Virus record (IMG/VR): IMGVR_UViG_3300025099_000107
Location: 1-27,752 of that record
Source of the DNA: a virus
Taxonomy: Duplodnaviria; Caudoviricetes
Reading direction: 5' to 3' (one strand)
Length of the DNA stretch: 27,752 nt
The position numbers were made by a program, and so were the translations under genes. The notes below the pieces were generated by a model that did no database searches, had not been told where the DNA came from, and saw only the letters and a program-made list of their open reading frames with translations. Of this stretch, positions 1-10,063 are shown one piece after another. Positions within the stretch are counted from its first letter, which is position 1. The number at the start of each line of letters is the position of its first letter.

Positions 1-1
1 A

Positions 2-43
2 TGTACTTTAGGTGCAAACAACTTCTTCTTATTCCAAGACTAA
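2..43 (+). CDS. 3' end of a gene cut by the window edge, probably the major capsid protein (...CTLGANNFFLFQD*)
   Basis: Frame starting at nt 2 reads CTLGANNFFLFQD-TAA. It is followed by a strong hairpin and sits at the head of the virion module. The GANNF-type ending resembles capsid C-termini I recall from this phage group. Confidence 0.55.
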   Translation, partial: CTLGANNFFLFQD

Positions 44-59
44 ATTGTTACATAAATTT

Positions 60-90
60 TACCCTCGTTTCGGCGGGGGTAATATTTATT
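60..90 (+). terminator. Probable intrinsic terminator or stabilising hairpin after the capsid gene
   Basis: TACCCTCGT-TTCG-GCGGGGGTA (60-81): 9-bp stem with two G-U pairs and a UUCG tetraloop, followed by an AT-rich, imperfect U tract. Confidence 0.65.
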
Positions 91-119
91 ATTATTAAAT
101 CAAATTAAATTATATTATA

Positions 120-875
120 ATGAAAAATACTACACCCCTTAAAACTAAAGCGTATAAACTAAAAAGATCAGAGAGACCTTTAGCTTATATGCTATCCTCA
201 AGACATTCAAACAGATCACCTTTACTATACTTTGACGAAGAACAAGGTATCAATAGACCTTTAAGATATGCAAGAAACCAAAAAAGCCCATTTGAAGATG
301 AGCAAGATGGTAATGCTATTTTAGAGCCTATTGTATTTGAAGACGGTATGTTGGTTGTACAAAGAGAAAATCAAGTGCTACAAAAATTCTTACATTATCA
401 TCCGGGTAACGGAATGGTATTCGAAGAAATAGACAATGCAAAAGATGCATCAGAAGAATTAGCTTCAGTAGAGTTAACTATAGATGCACAAGTCTTGGCT
501 AAAAATTTATCAACAGACAAATTACTTTCAGTAAGCAGAATTTTAATGGGAGCATCTGTAAACTCCATGACTATACCAGAATTAAAAAGAGATATTTTAG
601 TTTATGCTAAAAATAATCCTGAAGAATTAATTGATATTGTAAACGATCCGTTATTAGAATTACAAAACGAAGTTCATTTGTTTGTTGACAATAACTGGCT
701 GTCGTTTAGAAATAACAGAAGAGATGTTTATTATAATCTGCCTGGTAACAAAAAGAAAATGATGAGTGTTCCTTTTAATGAAGATCCATACGATGCTATA
801 AGTGCTTTCCTACAAAGTAACGATGGCTTAGAAGCTTATAAGTATCTCAAGAAACGCTTAAAAAAAGATAAATAG
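120..875 (+). CDS. Conserved phage protein downstream of the capsid gene (putative virion or assembly protein), 251 aa
   Basis: Clean ORF with an A-rich leader and phage-like codon usage. The LRYARNQKSPFEDEQ...IVFEDG block is typical of the gene after the capsid gene in Bacteroidota podophages (recalled, not searched). Confidence 0.7.
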   Translation: MKNTTPLKTKAYKLKRSERPLAYMLSSRHSNRSPLLYFDEEQGINRPLRYARNQKSPFEDEQDGNAILEPIVFEDGMLVVQRENQVLQKFLHYHPGNGMVFEEIDNAKDASEELASVELTIDAQVLAKNLSTDKLLSVSRILMGASVNSMTIPELKRDILVYAKNNPEELIDIVNDPLLELQNEVHLFVDNNWLSFRNNRRDVYYNLPGNKKKMMSVPFNEDPYDAISAFLQSNDGLEAYKYLKKRLKKDK

Positions 876-881
876 AAAGCG

Positions 882-889
882 TATCTTTG
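882..889 (+). promoter_or_regulatory. Bacteroidota-type -7 promoter element (TAnnTTTG)
   Basis: TATCTTTG in the intergenic gap, about 30 nt upstream of ATG 921. Confidence 0.6.
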
Positions 890-920
890 TGCTTTATTAA
901 CCCCATTAACATTATTACTT

Positions 921-1343
921 ATGGAAAAGTTTATCAAATTATTTAAGTCTGGATCCGGACAAAACAAGGGCGACATTTTAATTCCTATAAAAGGAATTAT
1001 GGAAATTAAGCAAGAAAGCGACACTGTAGTCAATATTTTTTACAATAGTATTTCTTCTGCACAAGCAGGATACTCTATTGCTAATGATGGTTCAGCTACA
1101 GTTCCTGCTGGAACTAACGTTGTACAATCGTACAAAATTACACACGATGCAATTGTAGCAAACTCTTCTTCGTTTAAAGATTTCTTAAACGAATCAGTAG
1201 AGCACGCTTTACAATTATCTTGGCAACACCCAGTTTATTCACCTAATGGAAGTGCATACCCAGCATCTGCGGCTAGCGCATCTGTACCAGTTACTGTAAC
1301 TGCTATAGAATTAGGAGTTAAAGCGGCTGGCGTAATATCGTAA
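921..1343 (+). CDS. Hypothetical protein, 140 aa, Ala/Ser/Val-rich (possible minor virion or decoration protein)
   Basis: ORF with its own upstream promoter-like box and downstream terminator. No recognisable catalytic motif. Confidence 0.6.
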   Translation: MEKFIKLFKSGSGQNKGDILIPIKGIMEIKQESDTVVNIFYNSISSAQAGYSIANDGSATVPAGTNVVQSYKITHDAIVANSSSFKDFLNESVEHALQLSWQHPVYSPNGSAYPASAASASVPVTVTAIELGVKAAGVIS

Positions 1344-1367
1344 GTTTTATTTTCTTTTAAAAAAATC

Positions 1368-1400
1368 AGAGGTTACAAAAAAAGTGACCTCTTTTTTTTT
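1368..1400 (+). terminator. Rho-independent terminator
   Basis: AGAGGTTAC-AAAAAAA-GTGACCTCT stem-loop (1368-1392) followed by T8 (1393-1400). Confidence 0.8.
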
Positions 1401-1403
1401 GAC

Positions 1404-1411
1404 TATATTTG
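1404..1411 (+). promoter_or_regulatory. Bacteroidota-type -7 promoter element (TAnnTTTG)
   Basis: TATATTTG immediately after the terminator and 15 nt before ATG 1427. Confidence 0.6.
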
Positions 1412-1426
1412 TAAAAAGAATTTAAC

Positions 1427-2422
1427 ATGATAAACTCTGTTAGAAATACCGTCCTTGCTATAGCTAATAAAAATAATTACGGATATATATCTCCGCAAGA
1501 TTTTAATTTGTATGCTCAACAAGCACAAATGGATTTGTTTGAAGATTATTTTTATCAATACAATGCCTGGACTAATAAAGAAAATCAAAGAATATCTGGA
1601 ACAGGATATGCTGATATAGTAAAAGGTTTGGTAGAAGTAATGGACAGTTTTTCTGTTACAAGAAGTTTAGCTCAAAAAGGAAACAATTTGTTTAATTTAC
1701 CAAGCGATTATTATTTAATCAATAAAGTAAATTACTACCCTACTCAAATAACGTCTGGAGTAAGCACCGCAGCTGGATTGAATACTTTAACTAATGCGAA
1801 CGCTACGTTCGTAACAAGCGGTGTTCAAGTAGGTCAACAAGTAGTTAACACATCAGGGGCATCAAGTTATTCTGGTTTCAGTGGGTTTGTAGTTAGTGTA
1901 GATAGCCAAACACAACTCACTTTATCATATTCACCATTTGGTGTTGCAGGAACTATTGGAGATAGTTACGGTATATTTTCAACAAGTGGAATAGTAGAAG
2001 TAGAAAGAGTAAATCAAAACAAAATATTTTATCTAAACAACTCTCCGTTAACAGCTCCCTCAACAGGTTTTCCTGCTTATGTGTTAGGAGGAGCCACATC
2101 ATCTGTAATAGGTGATGCTAATACAGGACAACTAGGAAATACTATAACGGTATATCCTACAAGCATAACAACTAATGGTAGTGTAACGGCAGAATATGTG
2201 CGTTATCCATTACCCCCTAAATGGACGTATCAAACACTTGCATCAGGCGAGCCTTTATTTGATATTAACCAAGCAGATTATCAAGACTTTGAATTACCTT
2301 TGTCTGACGAACCTGGTATTGTAGCTAAGATATGTCAGTATGTAGGTATAGAAATTAGAGAAGGCGATTTATATCAATTTGGACAACAAGAAGAAGTAGA
2401 AAATAACCAAATACAAACGTAA
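1427..2422 (+). CDS. Putative head-tail ring/adaptor (tail tubular-like) protein, 331 aa
   Basis: N-terminal helical block NKNNYGYISPQDFN...AQ and C-terminal Y-VRYP..PKW...DFELP motifs, as in ring proteins of crAss-like and Cellulophaga podophages. It lies between the capsid and nozzle genes. Confidence 0.65.
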   Translation: MINSVRNTVLAIANKNNYGYISPQDFNLYAQQAQMDLFEDYFYQYNAWTNKENQRISGTGYADIVKGLVEVMDSFSVTRSLAQKGNNLFNLPSDYYLINKVNYYPTQITSGVSTAAGLNTLTNANATFVTSGVQVGQQVVNTSGASSYSGFSGFVVSVDSQTQLTLSYSPFGVAGTIGDSYGIFSTSGIVEVERVNQNKIFYLNNSPLTAPSTGFPAYVLGGATSSVIGDANTGQLGNTITVYPTSITTNGSVTAEYVRYPLPPKWTYQTLASGEPLFDINQADYQDFELPLSDEPGIVAKICQYVGIEIREGDLYQFGQQEEVENNQIQT

Positions 2423-2425
2423 GAT

Positions 2426-3346
2426 ATGGCTTATATAAATGATTACGCATATTACGCAAATTCAGGAGGTATACCCGAAGATAAGAATTGGGGATCATAT
2501 CAATATGTTTCTTTAAATGATATTGTAAATAACTTTATGTTAATGTATCAAGGAAACCATGAGTTACTTAACAACTTAAATAGGTATCAAGTTTTATTTC
2601 ACGCAAAAAGAGGTATTCAAGAATTGAATTATGATGCGATGAAAGAGGTTAAAATTTTACAATTAGATTTGGATGATAATTTAAGGTTTATACTACCCTC
2701 TGACTATGTAAATTGGGTAAGAATATCTCAATATCTAAATGGAGTGTTATATCCTTTAACAGAAAATATACAGACAGGATGGGCTAACACTTATTTGCAA
2801 GACAATAATGCAAAGATATTATACGATCAAAATGGTAATGTCCTAAAACCTCAGTTTTCGCAACTAGACAATTCATTTGCAAGTGGCGCTAAAACTATTT
2901 ATTTAAATGACAATAGCCCTTATGATGGACAAGAAGGTTGGTGTGTAGATGGATGTTGGTATTTTGATTTTGGTATAGGATCTCGTTTTGGATTAAATAC
3001 CGAAACAGCTAACTCAAACCCTACATTTAGTATTAACAAACAAAGCGGAGTGATTAATTTTAGCTCAATAGGTTCTGGAGCTTCAGTTGTATTAGAATAT
3101 GTATCTGACGGAATGGAGAATGGTGATGACGCAAATATAAGTGTTAATAAATTATTTGAAGAATATTTATACGCATACATAAGGTATTCTATTTTAAATG
3201 GTAGATTAGGAGTACAAGAATATATTGTAAACAGAGCACGAAAAGACAAGTCATCATTGTTAAGAAATGCAAAAATTAGATTAAGTAATATTCACCCTGG
3301 TCGTCTTTTAATGAATTTAAGAGGCCAGGATAAATGGTTGAAATAA
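2426..3346 (+). CDS. Second putative ring/adaptor virion protein, 306 aa
   Basis: AKRGIQELNYD...LPSDYVNWVRIS...VLEYVSDG motifs. The LPSDY motif is shared with the preceding gene, and the two are 3 nt apart. Confidence 0.65.
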   Translation: MAYINDYAYYANSGGIPEDKNWGSYQYVSLNDIVNNFMLMYQGNHELLNNLNRYQVLFHAKRGIQELNYDAMKEVKILQLDLDDNLRFILPSDYVNWVRISQYLNGVLYPLTENIQTGWANTYLQDNNAKILYDQNGNVLKPQFSQLDNSFASGAKTIYLNDNSPYDGQEGWCVDGCWYFDFGIGSRFGLNTETANSNPTFSINKQSGVINFSSIGSGASVVLEYVSDGMENGDDANISVNKLFEEYLYAYIRYSILNGRLGVQEYIVNRARKDKSSLLRNAKIRLSNIHPGRLLMNLRGQDKWLK

Positions 3347-3347
3347 A

Positions 3348-6300
3348 ATGCCAATAGTAAATACAAATTTTATTGCAGGTAAAATGAATAAGAGCGTTGA
3401 TGAACGCCTTGTTCCAAAAGGTCAATACATAAACGCTATTAATGTAAGATTAGGAGCAACAGAAACTACAGAAATAGGTGCTGTTGAAAACTCTAAAGGT
3501 AACTCACAGCTTACGACATTAGCTTATGGCGGCCAAAACCTTTCTAATTCTGCGCAATGTATAGGAGCTTATGAAGATGGATCTAAAGAAACTATATATT
3601 GGTTTGTTCATGATTCAAATAATCCAGTGGTTGGTGGTAAGTTAGACTTAATTGTATCTTTTAATATACAAACCGAAGCTATTACTTATCATGTTATAAC
3701 TAAAACGGTACTAAATTTTGATCCAAAATTTTTAATAACAGGTGTAGATAAGATAGAAGACTTATTGTTTTTTACTGATGATAAAAATCCTCCAAGAAAA
3801 ATAAACGTAACACAAAATTATCCGGATCCAGCAGGAATTGCAGATGGTATAACGGAAAGTGATATAAGTGTTGTTTTGAAACCACCAGGTTTTTCTTCGT
3901 TAGAAACATTGTCAGCCCCTAAAGTGACAATGATTGATGTGCCTGGTGAAGAAAACTACATGGACACAAGGTTCATAACTTTTGCATATAGATATAGGTA
4001 TATAAATAATGAGTATAGTGCAACCTCTTTATTTTCAAAAGCTGCATTTCAACCAGGGCCATTTGAATTTGATGTGAATAACTTCAATAATGGTTCGATG
4101 AAAAATATATATAACTCAGCTGAGGTTGAGTTTGAAACAGGTACTGATAAGGTTATTGAGGTAGATTTATTGTTTAAACCTAGTAATAGTAATTCTATTT
4201 ACGTTATAGAAAGGTTTAAAAAGTCAGATTACGGATGGGCTAGTAACACAAAACAAACATACACATTTACTAACAGTAAAATATATACAGTTTTAGGTGC
4301 AGATGAATTATTAAGACTATATGACAATGTCCCTAAGGTGGCTAAAGCACAAACTATACAAGGCAATAGATTAATATATGGAAACTATACTGATGGATAT
4401 GACATAGTAAATGCAGCTGGTCAAGATATAGCTGTTAATTTTACAACATCATTGTTTACCAACGACATATTATTTGAAGAATTAGATGAAGGGACAATGT
4501 CTACTGGCGTTGTTTATACTATAAATCCTAATACAACAACTACAGTACAAAATTCTAAAATTAGTTTTGACTTATCTAGCCAAGCTAATAAATTAAAGGC
4601 AGGAACGACTATTTCTTTTTTACTTACTATTGAGCATGGTGCTTTAAATGGTGACACTGGAGACACATGTTATGATGCGTCATTTAAAAACACTCCATTT
4701 GATTTAGAGGTTATATTCCCTATAAACCAAGATTACAGCTCGGTTTATGAAATGGTAAATTCAGCAGCTTTTGCAGAACGTATTGGAACAATATTGAATA
4801 CAAACTTTCAACCTTTAGCAACTTCAGCGAACGGAAATTCTTTAACTGATTTATTTAATACATTTACTACAGTACCAGTAAATTGTTCTTTTACAAAAAC
4901 AAATAGTAGTATTGATTCTCAAACACAACAAGGTTTTAGAATAGGTTCTACGGTAGGTTCCAATGTTTTCTCGCTTCAGGTAATAGCTATGAAATACACC
5001 TCAGGGACTACAAATGTTTATGAATACTTTAAATTTTCTAGAGGTACTGGAACTTTTTCTTCAAGTCAAGATACATCTTCATTGCATAGTAACAGAGATT
5101 ACGAAACAGGAATTGTATATATGGATGAGTATGGTAGGGCATCAACAGTATTAGTGTCGGAATTCAATACAACTTTTGTACCTCCATCTGCTTCAGTAGA
5201 TCAAAATAAAATAAAAGTTAATATAGAAAGTTTACCGCCAGCATGGGCAACAAAGTATAAATTTGTTTTGAAGCCTAGTGAAGGTGGATATGAAACAATC
5301 TATTCTAATTTTTATTATCAAAGTCAAAGCACTAGGGTTTTATATTTTAAACTAGAAGGTGATAATCAAAACAAAGTAGAAAAGGGAGATATATTGATTG
5401 TAAAAAGAGATGCTAACGGCCCACTCACAAGAGAGGTTACATGTCAGGTATTAGATGTTACAGCTGAATCATCAAACTTTTTAGAGGTAGAAGGTGAGGC
5501 TCCAGCACAATCAAATCAATTAGCTGGATTATATATGCAAATACGAGCGCAGAACTTTAGTATTAATCTTGATGAAGATGCTGTAATTGACGCTGGCGAG
5601 CTTACTTATTCTAGTAGAACAAGAAGCCAATGTGTTCCATATTTAGAGTATCCTGCTTTCACTACAGATTCAAACGGAAACACAACTAATTATTCAATAC
5701 CAGCGCAAACTAACATAAGAATAAAATGGAGGTTGCAAAGATTTGGTGGTGGCGGTTGTGATGGCGCTGAATATATATGGGATACTGATTATGTAGCTTC
5801 AAATGATTATGATGACTTACATGCGTGGTTTGTTGGTGATTTTATAAGCCCTGGAGCTGGAAAGATAATTGATGAAGGCCCTGGGCTACAAGAACCAACT
5901 TTTACTGGAACTATTGCTACAAGCGCATCAGGCATACCTTGCCCTGCTCCTTTTGAGCCAGTGTTTCAATTTGTTCAAGCTGTTCCAGGTGACGTAACTT
6001 CCCCCTTATATTTGGCTTGTAAAAGTGGAATGTATGCATGTGTTAGTCATAGCACCAATATGGAAGCTGAAATTATTGTAACTAGAGCTAATAATTTAAT
6101 TGTTTGGGAAACAGAACCAGCTGATGCAGATCCTAATTTATTTTATGACTCTTCTGAATCTTATGATATTACAGGAGGTTTTCATATGCGTGGAAATGGA
6201 GATGGAGATCAAAACCAAACAGCAAGTCAAGACGCTATTGTAACACTGCCATTTTTTAATTGTTACACATTTGGGAATGGTGTAGAAAGTTATAAGATAC

Positions 6301-8492
6301 TTGATGCATTGGATGGTCAGGCGGTAAATTTAGGAGAAAGAGTATTAGCTGTATCAACACAGGATTTCAAAGAAGCAGATAGGTTTGCTGAATTAACGTA
6401 TAGTGGTATATACAGCAGTAACTCTAACTTAAATAATCTTAATGAATTTAACTTAGGTTTAGTAAACTTTAAAGATTTAGAAACAAGCTTTGGCCCTGTA
6501 ATGAAACTTCATTCTAGAGAGACAGATATACTTGTTTTTCAAGAAGATAAAATAAGTTATGTTTTAACTGGTAAAAACTTAATAAGCGATTCAACTGGTG
6601 GAGGTGTTGTTGCATCTGTGCCTGAAGTATTAGGAACACAAATAGCCAGAATAGAAGAGTATGGTATTAGTTATAATCCAGAAAGTTTTGTGTCTTGGGG
6701 TTATGACATGTATTTCACAGACACTAAAAGAACAGCAGTATTAAAATTAAAAGGAACATCAAGAAATAATGATGCGCTAGAGGTTATCTCTGATACAGGA
6801 ATGAGGTCTTATTTTAGAGATCAGTTTAATGTACAATTGAATACACAAAAACTAGGCGGGTATGATCCTTATATGGATGAATATGTTTTAAGTACAAATG
6901 GAACAAGCGTACCTTTACCTCCAGTTATTATACCATGTGGTACACAAAAGTCTTTAGTAGACTCTACAACTCAACATCAGTACACCATTGAGCTTGGAAA
7001 TGTTATAGGTAATGTAGTTATTAACTATACAATTAATAGCGGGACTATGAGCGTTGGTGTTTCATGGGATGGTAGTACAGTAGCGTCTATAACTGATGCT
7101 ACTACCAGTGGCACTTTAAATTTTGATAAAACTAAAAACTCTCCAACAACAGCTATAATCACTATTACACCTAACGCAACTGTTAGTTATGATTTAGTGT
7201 GTGACTGTCCTGCTCAGCAAGGATTAACAATAATTCAAATTGGATTAAACTCAGCTGAAGATAGTGGTAAGTTCATACATAATGAATTTAAATGGAACGA
7301 TACATTAGTAACAAGCCCTGTGTCATCTAACATGATGACATTTGGTTCTGATTCACAGGTAGCATCTCAGTATGTAGTACAACAAGGTATTAGATCTACA
7401 GGTGTATTTCCGTATAGCGGTTCAGATGTTACTTTAAGATCAAACAAAATTAATTTTGACGATTACAATTGGGTTGTAAATAAAGATAATTTTGCATGGT
7501 TATCCTCAAACACATTATACAATAATACAGCTAGCGAAATTACAGCGTTACTAACTGCATCAGCTACTATACCAAATGCAGACGTTAACAGTCCTTCTTC
7601 TGGATTATATCAAGCTACAGTATCTAATATTACCTTACCTACGGCTAATCAATACTTGTATTTAATATACGATTACAGAACTACTAACTCAGCTTCATTC
7701 TGTTACGATGCAAGCACTGAGTCTGACGCATGTTGTGGTTGTGGTGATTACTGTACACCTTATGCATCTAGCACAGGGCAAAGCTCTATAAGTATTGCGT
7801 GTATACAATCGGCTAGTCAAACGTATTATCATGATGGCTTTGATCCTTTACCAGCAATTGGAGACACAGTATATTCATCTTCTATTTGTGATGGCCCGTC
7901 AGCTACTAAGCTAACATCTGGATTCTATCAAATAGGGGTAAGTAACCAGTGGATACAAGTAAATAGTAATGGTATTGTTTCTAGTACAGGAAGTTGTGCT
8001 ATTAAGTCATTTAGTTCAAGTGTAGTAGATCCACAAATTTCTACAATTTGTACACAAACAATTAATCAAACATATTACCATACAGGAGCTAATACAGCGC
8101 CACAAGCAGGAGACTTTGCATATTCCGATCAAGGGGTAACAATACTACCTAACGGATACTATAGAATATCTTCTACAGAATACTTAAATTTAAACCAAGG
8201 AACAGGTCAGATTGCAGCAGTTGTAACATGTACACCACCAACGTACTATCCGTTTAACTGTAAACAACAACCTAATCCTTCTTCAGCATGTATATATTCT
8301 GGAGCGTTAGACGAGGTTTATTATACAACAACACCTACAGGCCCAGGTGATGGTGCAGGCACTAAAATCTATAGTGATAATCAAGGAACGTTAGTTTCAT
8401 CAATCATATTAGTTTATGCTACCGGTTCACCAACAGTATGGTTTGCAACACAAAATGGAGAGATAGACGGAAATGGATTACAATATTGTTAA
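3348..8492 (+). CDS. Tail nozzle/stabilisation protein (P22 gp10 / crAss muzzle-like), N-terminal part, fused to accessory domains and 3 Cys-rich repeats; 1714 aa
   Basis: Motifs GKMNKSVDERLVPKGQY..A.N, LFFTDDKNPPRKIN, GNRLIYGNY, GIVYMDEYGR, FGNGVES, EYGISYNPESF, YFTDTKR and GGYDPYMDEYVLS (ends ~6893). C-terminal QTYYHDG-type repeats start at ~7690. Confidence 0.75.
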   Translation: MPIVNTNFIAGKMNKSVDERLVPKGQYINAINVRLGATETTEIGAVENSKGNSQLTTLAYGGQNLSNSAQCIGAYEDGSKETIYWFVHDSNNPVVGGKLDLIVSFNIQTEAITYHVITKTVLNFDPKFLITGVDKIEDLLFFTDDKNPPRKINVTQNYPDPAGIADGITESDISVVLKPPGFSSLETLSAPKVTMIDVPGEENYMDTRFITFAYRYRYINNEYSATSLFSKAAFQPGPFEFDVNNFNNGSMKNIYNSAEVEFETGTDKVIEVDLLFKPSNSNSIYVIERFKKSDYGWASNTKQTYTFTNSKIYTVLGADELLRLYDNVPKVAKAQTIQGNRLIYGNYTDGYDIVNAAGQDIAVNFTTSLFTNDILFEELDEGTMSTGVVYTINPNTTTTVQNSKISFDLSSQANKLKAGTTISFLLTIEHGALNGDTGDTCYDASFKNTPFDLEVIFPINQDYSSVYEMVNSAAFAERIGTILNTNFQPLATSANGNSLTDLFNTFTTVPVNCSFTKTNSSIDSQTQQGFRIGSTVGSNVFSLQVIAMKYTSGTTNVYEYFKFSRGTGTFSSSQDTSSLHSNRDYETGIVYMDEYGRASTVLVSEFNTTFVPPSASVDQNKIKVNIESLPPAWATKYKFVLKPSEGGYETIYSNFYYQSQSTRVLYFKLEGDNQNKVEKGDILIVKRDANGPLTREVTCQVLDVTAESSNFLEVEGEAPAQSNQLAGLYMQIRAQNFSINLDEDAVIDAGELTYSSRTRSQCVPYLEYPAFTTDSNGNTTNYSIPAQTNIRIKWRLQRFGGGGCDGAEYIWDTDYVASNDYDDLHAWFVGDFISPGAGKIIDEGPGLQEPTFTGTIATSASGIPCPAPFEPVFQFVQAVPGDVTSPLYLACKSGMYACVSHSTNMEAEIIVTRANNLIVWETEPADADPNLFYDSSESYDITGGFHMRGNGDGDQNQTASQDAIVTLPFFNCYTFGNGVESYKILDALDGQAVNLGERVLAVSTQDFKEADRFAELTYSGIYSSNSNLNNLNEFNLGLVNFKDLETSFGPVMKLHSRETDILVFQEDKISYVLTGKNLISDSTGGGVVASVPEVLGTQIARIEEYGISYNPESFVSWGYDMYFTDTKRTAVLKLKGTSRNNDALEVISDTGMRSYFRDQFNVQLNTQKLGGYDPYMDEYVLSTNGTSVPLPPVIIPCGTQKSLVDSTTQHQYTIELGNVIGNVVINYTINSGTMSVGVSWDGSTVASITDATTSGTLNFDKTKNSPTTAIITITPNATVSYDLVCDCPAQQGLTIIQIGLNSAEDSGKFIHNEFKWNDTLVTSPVSSNMMTFGSDSQVASQYVVQQGIRSTGVFPYSGSDVTLRSNKINFDDYNWVVNKDNFAWLSSNTLYNNTASEITALLTASATIPNADVNSPSSGLYQATVSNITLPTANQYLYLIYDYRTTNSASFCYDASTESDACCGCGDYCTPYASSTGQSSISIACIQSASQTYYHDGFDPLPAIGDTVYSSSICDGPSATKLTSGFYQIGVSNQWIQVNSNGIVSSTGSCAIKSFSSSVVDPQISTICTQTINQTYYHTGANTAPQAGDFAYSDQGVTILPNGYYRISSTEYLNLNQGTGQIAAVVTCTPPTYYPFNCKQQPNPSSACIYSGALDEVYYTTTPTGPGDGAGTKIYSDNQGTLVSSIILVYATGSPTVWFATQNGEIDGNGLQYC

Positions 8493-8499
8493 ATAAATT

Positions 8500-9000
8500 A
8501 TGGCAACAAGAGCAACATATTACTTTGATGGATTCAGTTTTGCAACTGCAATAGCTTTGTTTACCGACCAGGCTTTAACAACTAAAGCTGCGGATGGGTA
8601 CTATTCTTTAGGTTCAATATCAAGAAGACAAGTAAATGGTTTTCTTCAAGGAGCAGCGAATTGTCCTTCGTGTGGAGACGCAATCTCATTGTGTTATGAT
8701 GTAACATCAGCAAGTGAAGTGTGTTGTGTGGGTTGTGGAACTACTTATACAAGTTTTACATCTACAATTATGGGAACTTTTGGAAGCGTTTGTGGTAACA
8801 CTACATTTGATCAAACCTTTTACCATAACGGCTCAGGAACAATACCAGCGATGGGTGAGCTAGTGTATCAAGATCAAGCTGGGACTACTCCATTACAAAA
8901 CGGATGGTATCACACTAATGCATCAGGCACAAGCACCAGATATAGAATAACTAATAATACTGGTTTTGTTGCAAGCATAGAACCTTGTGGAACTCCTTAA
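8500..9000 (+). CDS. Cys/Thr/Gly-rich repeat protein (2 modules), putative tail appendage or receptor-binding subunit, 166 aa
   Basis: Contains TYYFDG..F.TA..LFTD..LTT.A.DGYY and QTFYHNGSG..P..G modules and a LCYD...VCC.GC linker, all shared with neighbouring genes. Confidence 0.65.
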   Translation: MATRATYYFDGFSFATAIALFTDQALTTKAADGYYSLGSISRRQVNGFLQGAANCPSCGDAISLCYDVTSASEVCCVGCGTTYTSFTSTIMGTFGSVCGNTTFDQTFYHNGSGTIPAMGELVYQDQAGTTPLQNGWYHTNASGTSTRYRITNNTGFVASIEPCGTP

Positions 9001-9021
9001 TGATATAATAAATTTTTTTTG

Positions 9022-9029
9022 TAAATTTA
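9022..9029 (+). promoter_or_regulatory. Possible variant -7 promoter element (TAAATTTA)
   Basis: One mismatch to TAnnTTTG, preceded by a T run like the 1404 site, in the 50-nt gap before ATG 9051. Confidence 0.35.
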
Positions 9030-9050
9030 CAAGAATAAAATCAATACTTT

Positions 9051-10049
9051 ATGCCAACGCAAGGAACCTATTTTTTAAATAATACAGTTTGGGCTTCAGG
9101 AAACGCCAACTCTGCTACAAATATATATACAGAAGCAACGTTAACAACGGCTGCCCCAAATGGATGGTATAAAGACAATAACAATGTTTATAGAGAGGTA
9201 ACTGGAGGAAATGGTGCGCTAGGAACTTCATACTCATGTACTACATGTGGAGTTGAATTGAATTTAGGTTACGGAGCGTCAGCATTTGCAGCGTGTTGTT
9301 CTGGTACAACTGCCGATTTTTATGTACAAACTTCTTTTACGGCAACAACAAGTATTTATACAAATCCATTATTGAGTAGTTTTGCAGCTAATCAATTTTA
9401 TTCATATAGTTCTCAAAGTAGAGAAAAAACAAGTGATGCAACCGATGGTTCAGGATTAAGTTCAGCAGTATCATGTGCTACTTGTTTCCCAGCAGTAGGA
9501 TTAACATTTGGTAGTTCATCAGCAATAGCTTGTTGTACAGGTGCATCTGGTACATATTACATGAACCAAACAACTTTTGCAACTTCAACTATATTATATA
9601 GTACAGCTGACGGAACTACAGTGGCAAGTAATGGATTCTATTCATTTAACCCTGGTAACGGAGGAGCTATTGTTTATAGAGAAGTAACGGGAGGAACAGG
9701 AACTTTAGGAACACAAACTACATGTTCAGATTGTGCAACTTCAATTAGCTTATGTAAAGGAACAAGTGCAGATGATGTGTGTTGTACTGGATGTACAAGT
9801 TTAACATCGTTTACAGCTACAATAGGTGGTAACTTCCTTGGAGTATGTTCATTAACGCCAGGAACAACTTACTATCATAACGGAAGCGGAACTTATCCAG
9901 CAGCAGGTGATACGATGTTTACAAACTCAGCAGGTACAGCAGTAGCTGATCCAAAACATTATCACTATGTAGATGGAACAACAAATAAAAAGATTCATAT
10001 TACTGGAACTAACGGGTATGTAGCGGGAATAAGCAATTGTGCCCCATAA
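9051..10049 (+). CDS. Cys-rich repeat protein (4 modules), putative tail appendage, 332 aa
   Basis: Repeated ...ACC.G..TYY...F...T.IY....G.Y...RE.....CxxC units, ending in a YYHNGSGTYPAAGD module. Confidence 0.65.
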   Translation: MPTQGTYFLNNTVWASGNANSATNIYTEATLTTAAPNGWYKDNNNVYREVTGGNGALGTSYSCTTCGVELNLGYGASAFAACCSGTTADFYVQTSFTATTSIYTNPLLSSFAANQFYSYSSQSREKTSDATDGSGLSSAVSCATCFPAVGLTFGSSSAIACCTGASGTYYMNQTTFATSTILYSTADGTTVASNGFYSFNPGNGGAIVYREVTGGTGTLGTQTTCSDCATSISLCKGTSADDVCCTGCTSLTSFTATIGGNFLGVCSLTPGTTYYHNGSGTYPAAGDTMFTNSAGTAVADPKHYHYVDGTTNKKIHITGTNGYVAGISNCAP

Positions 10050-10063
10050 ATAAAATAAAATAA

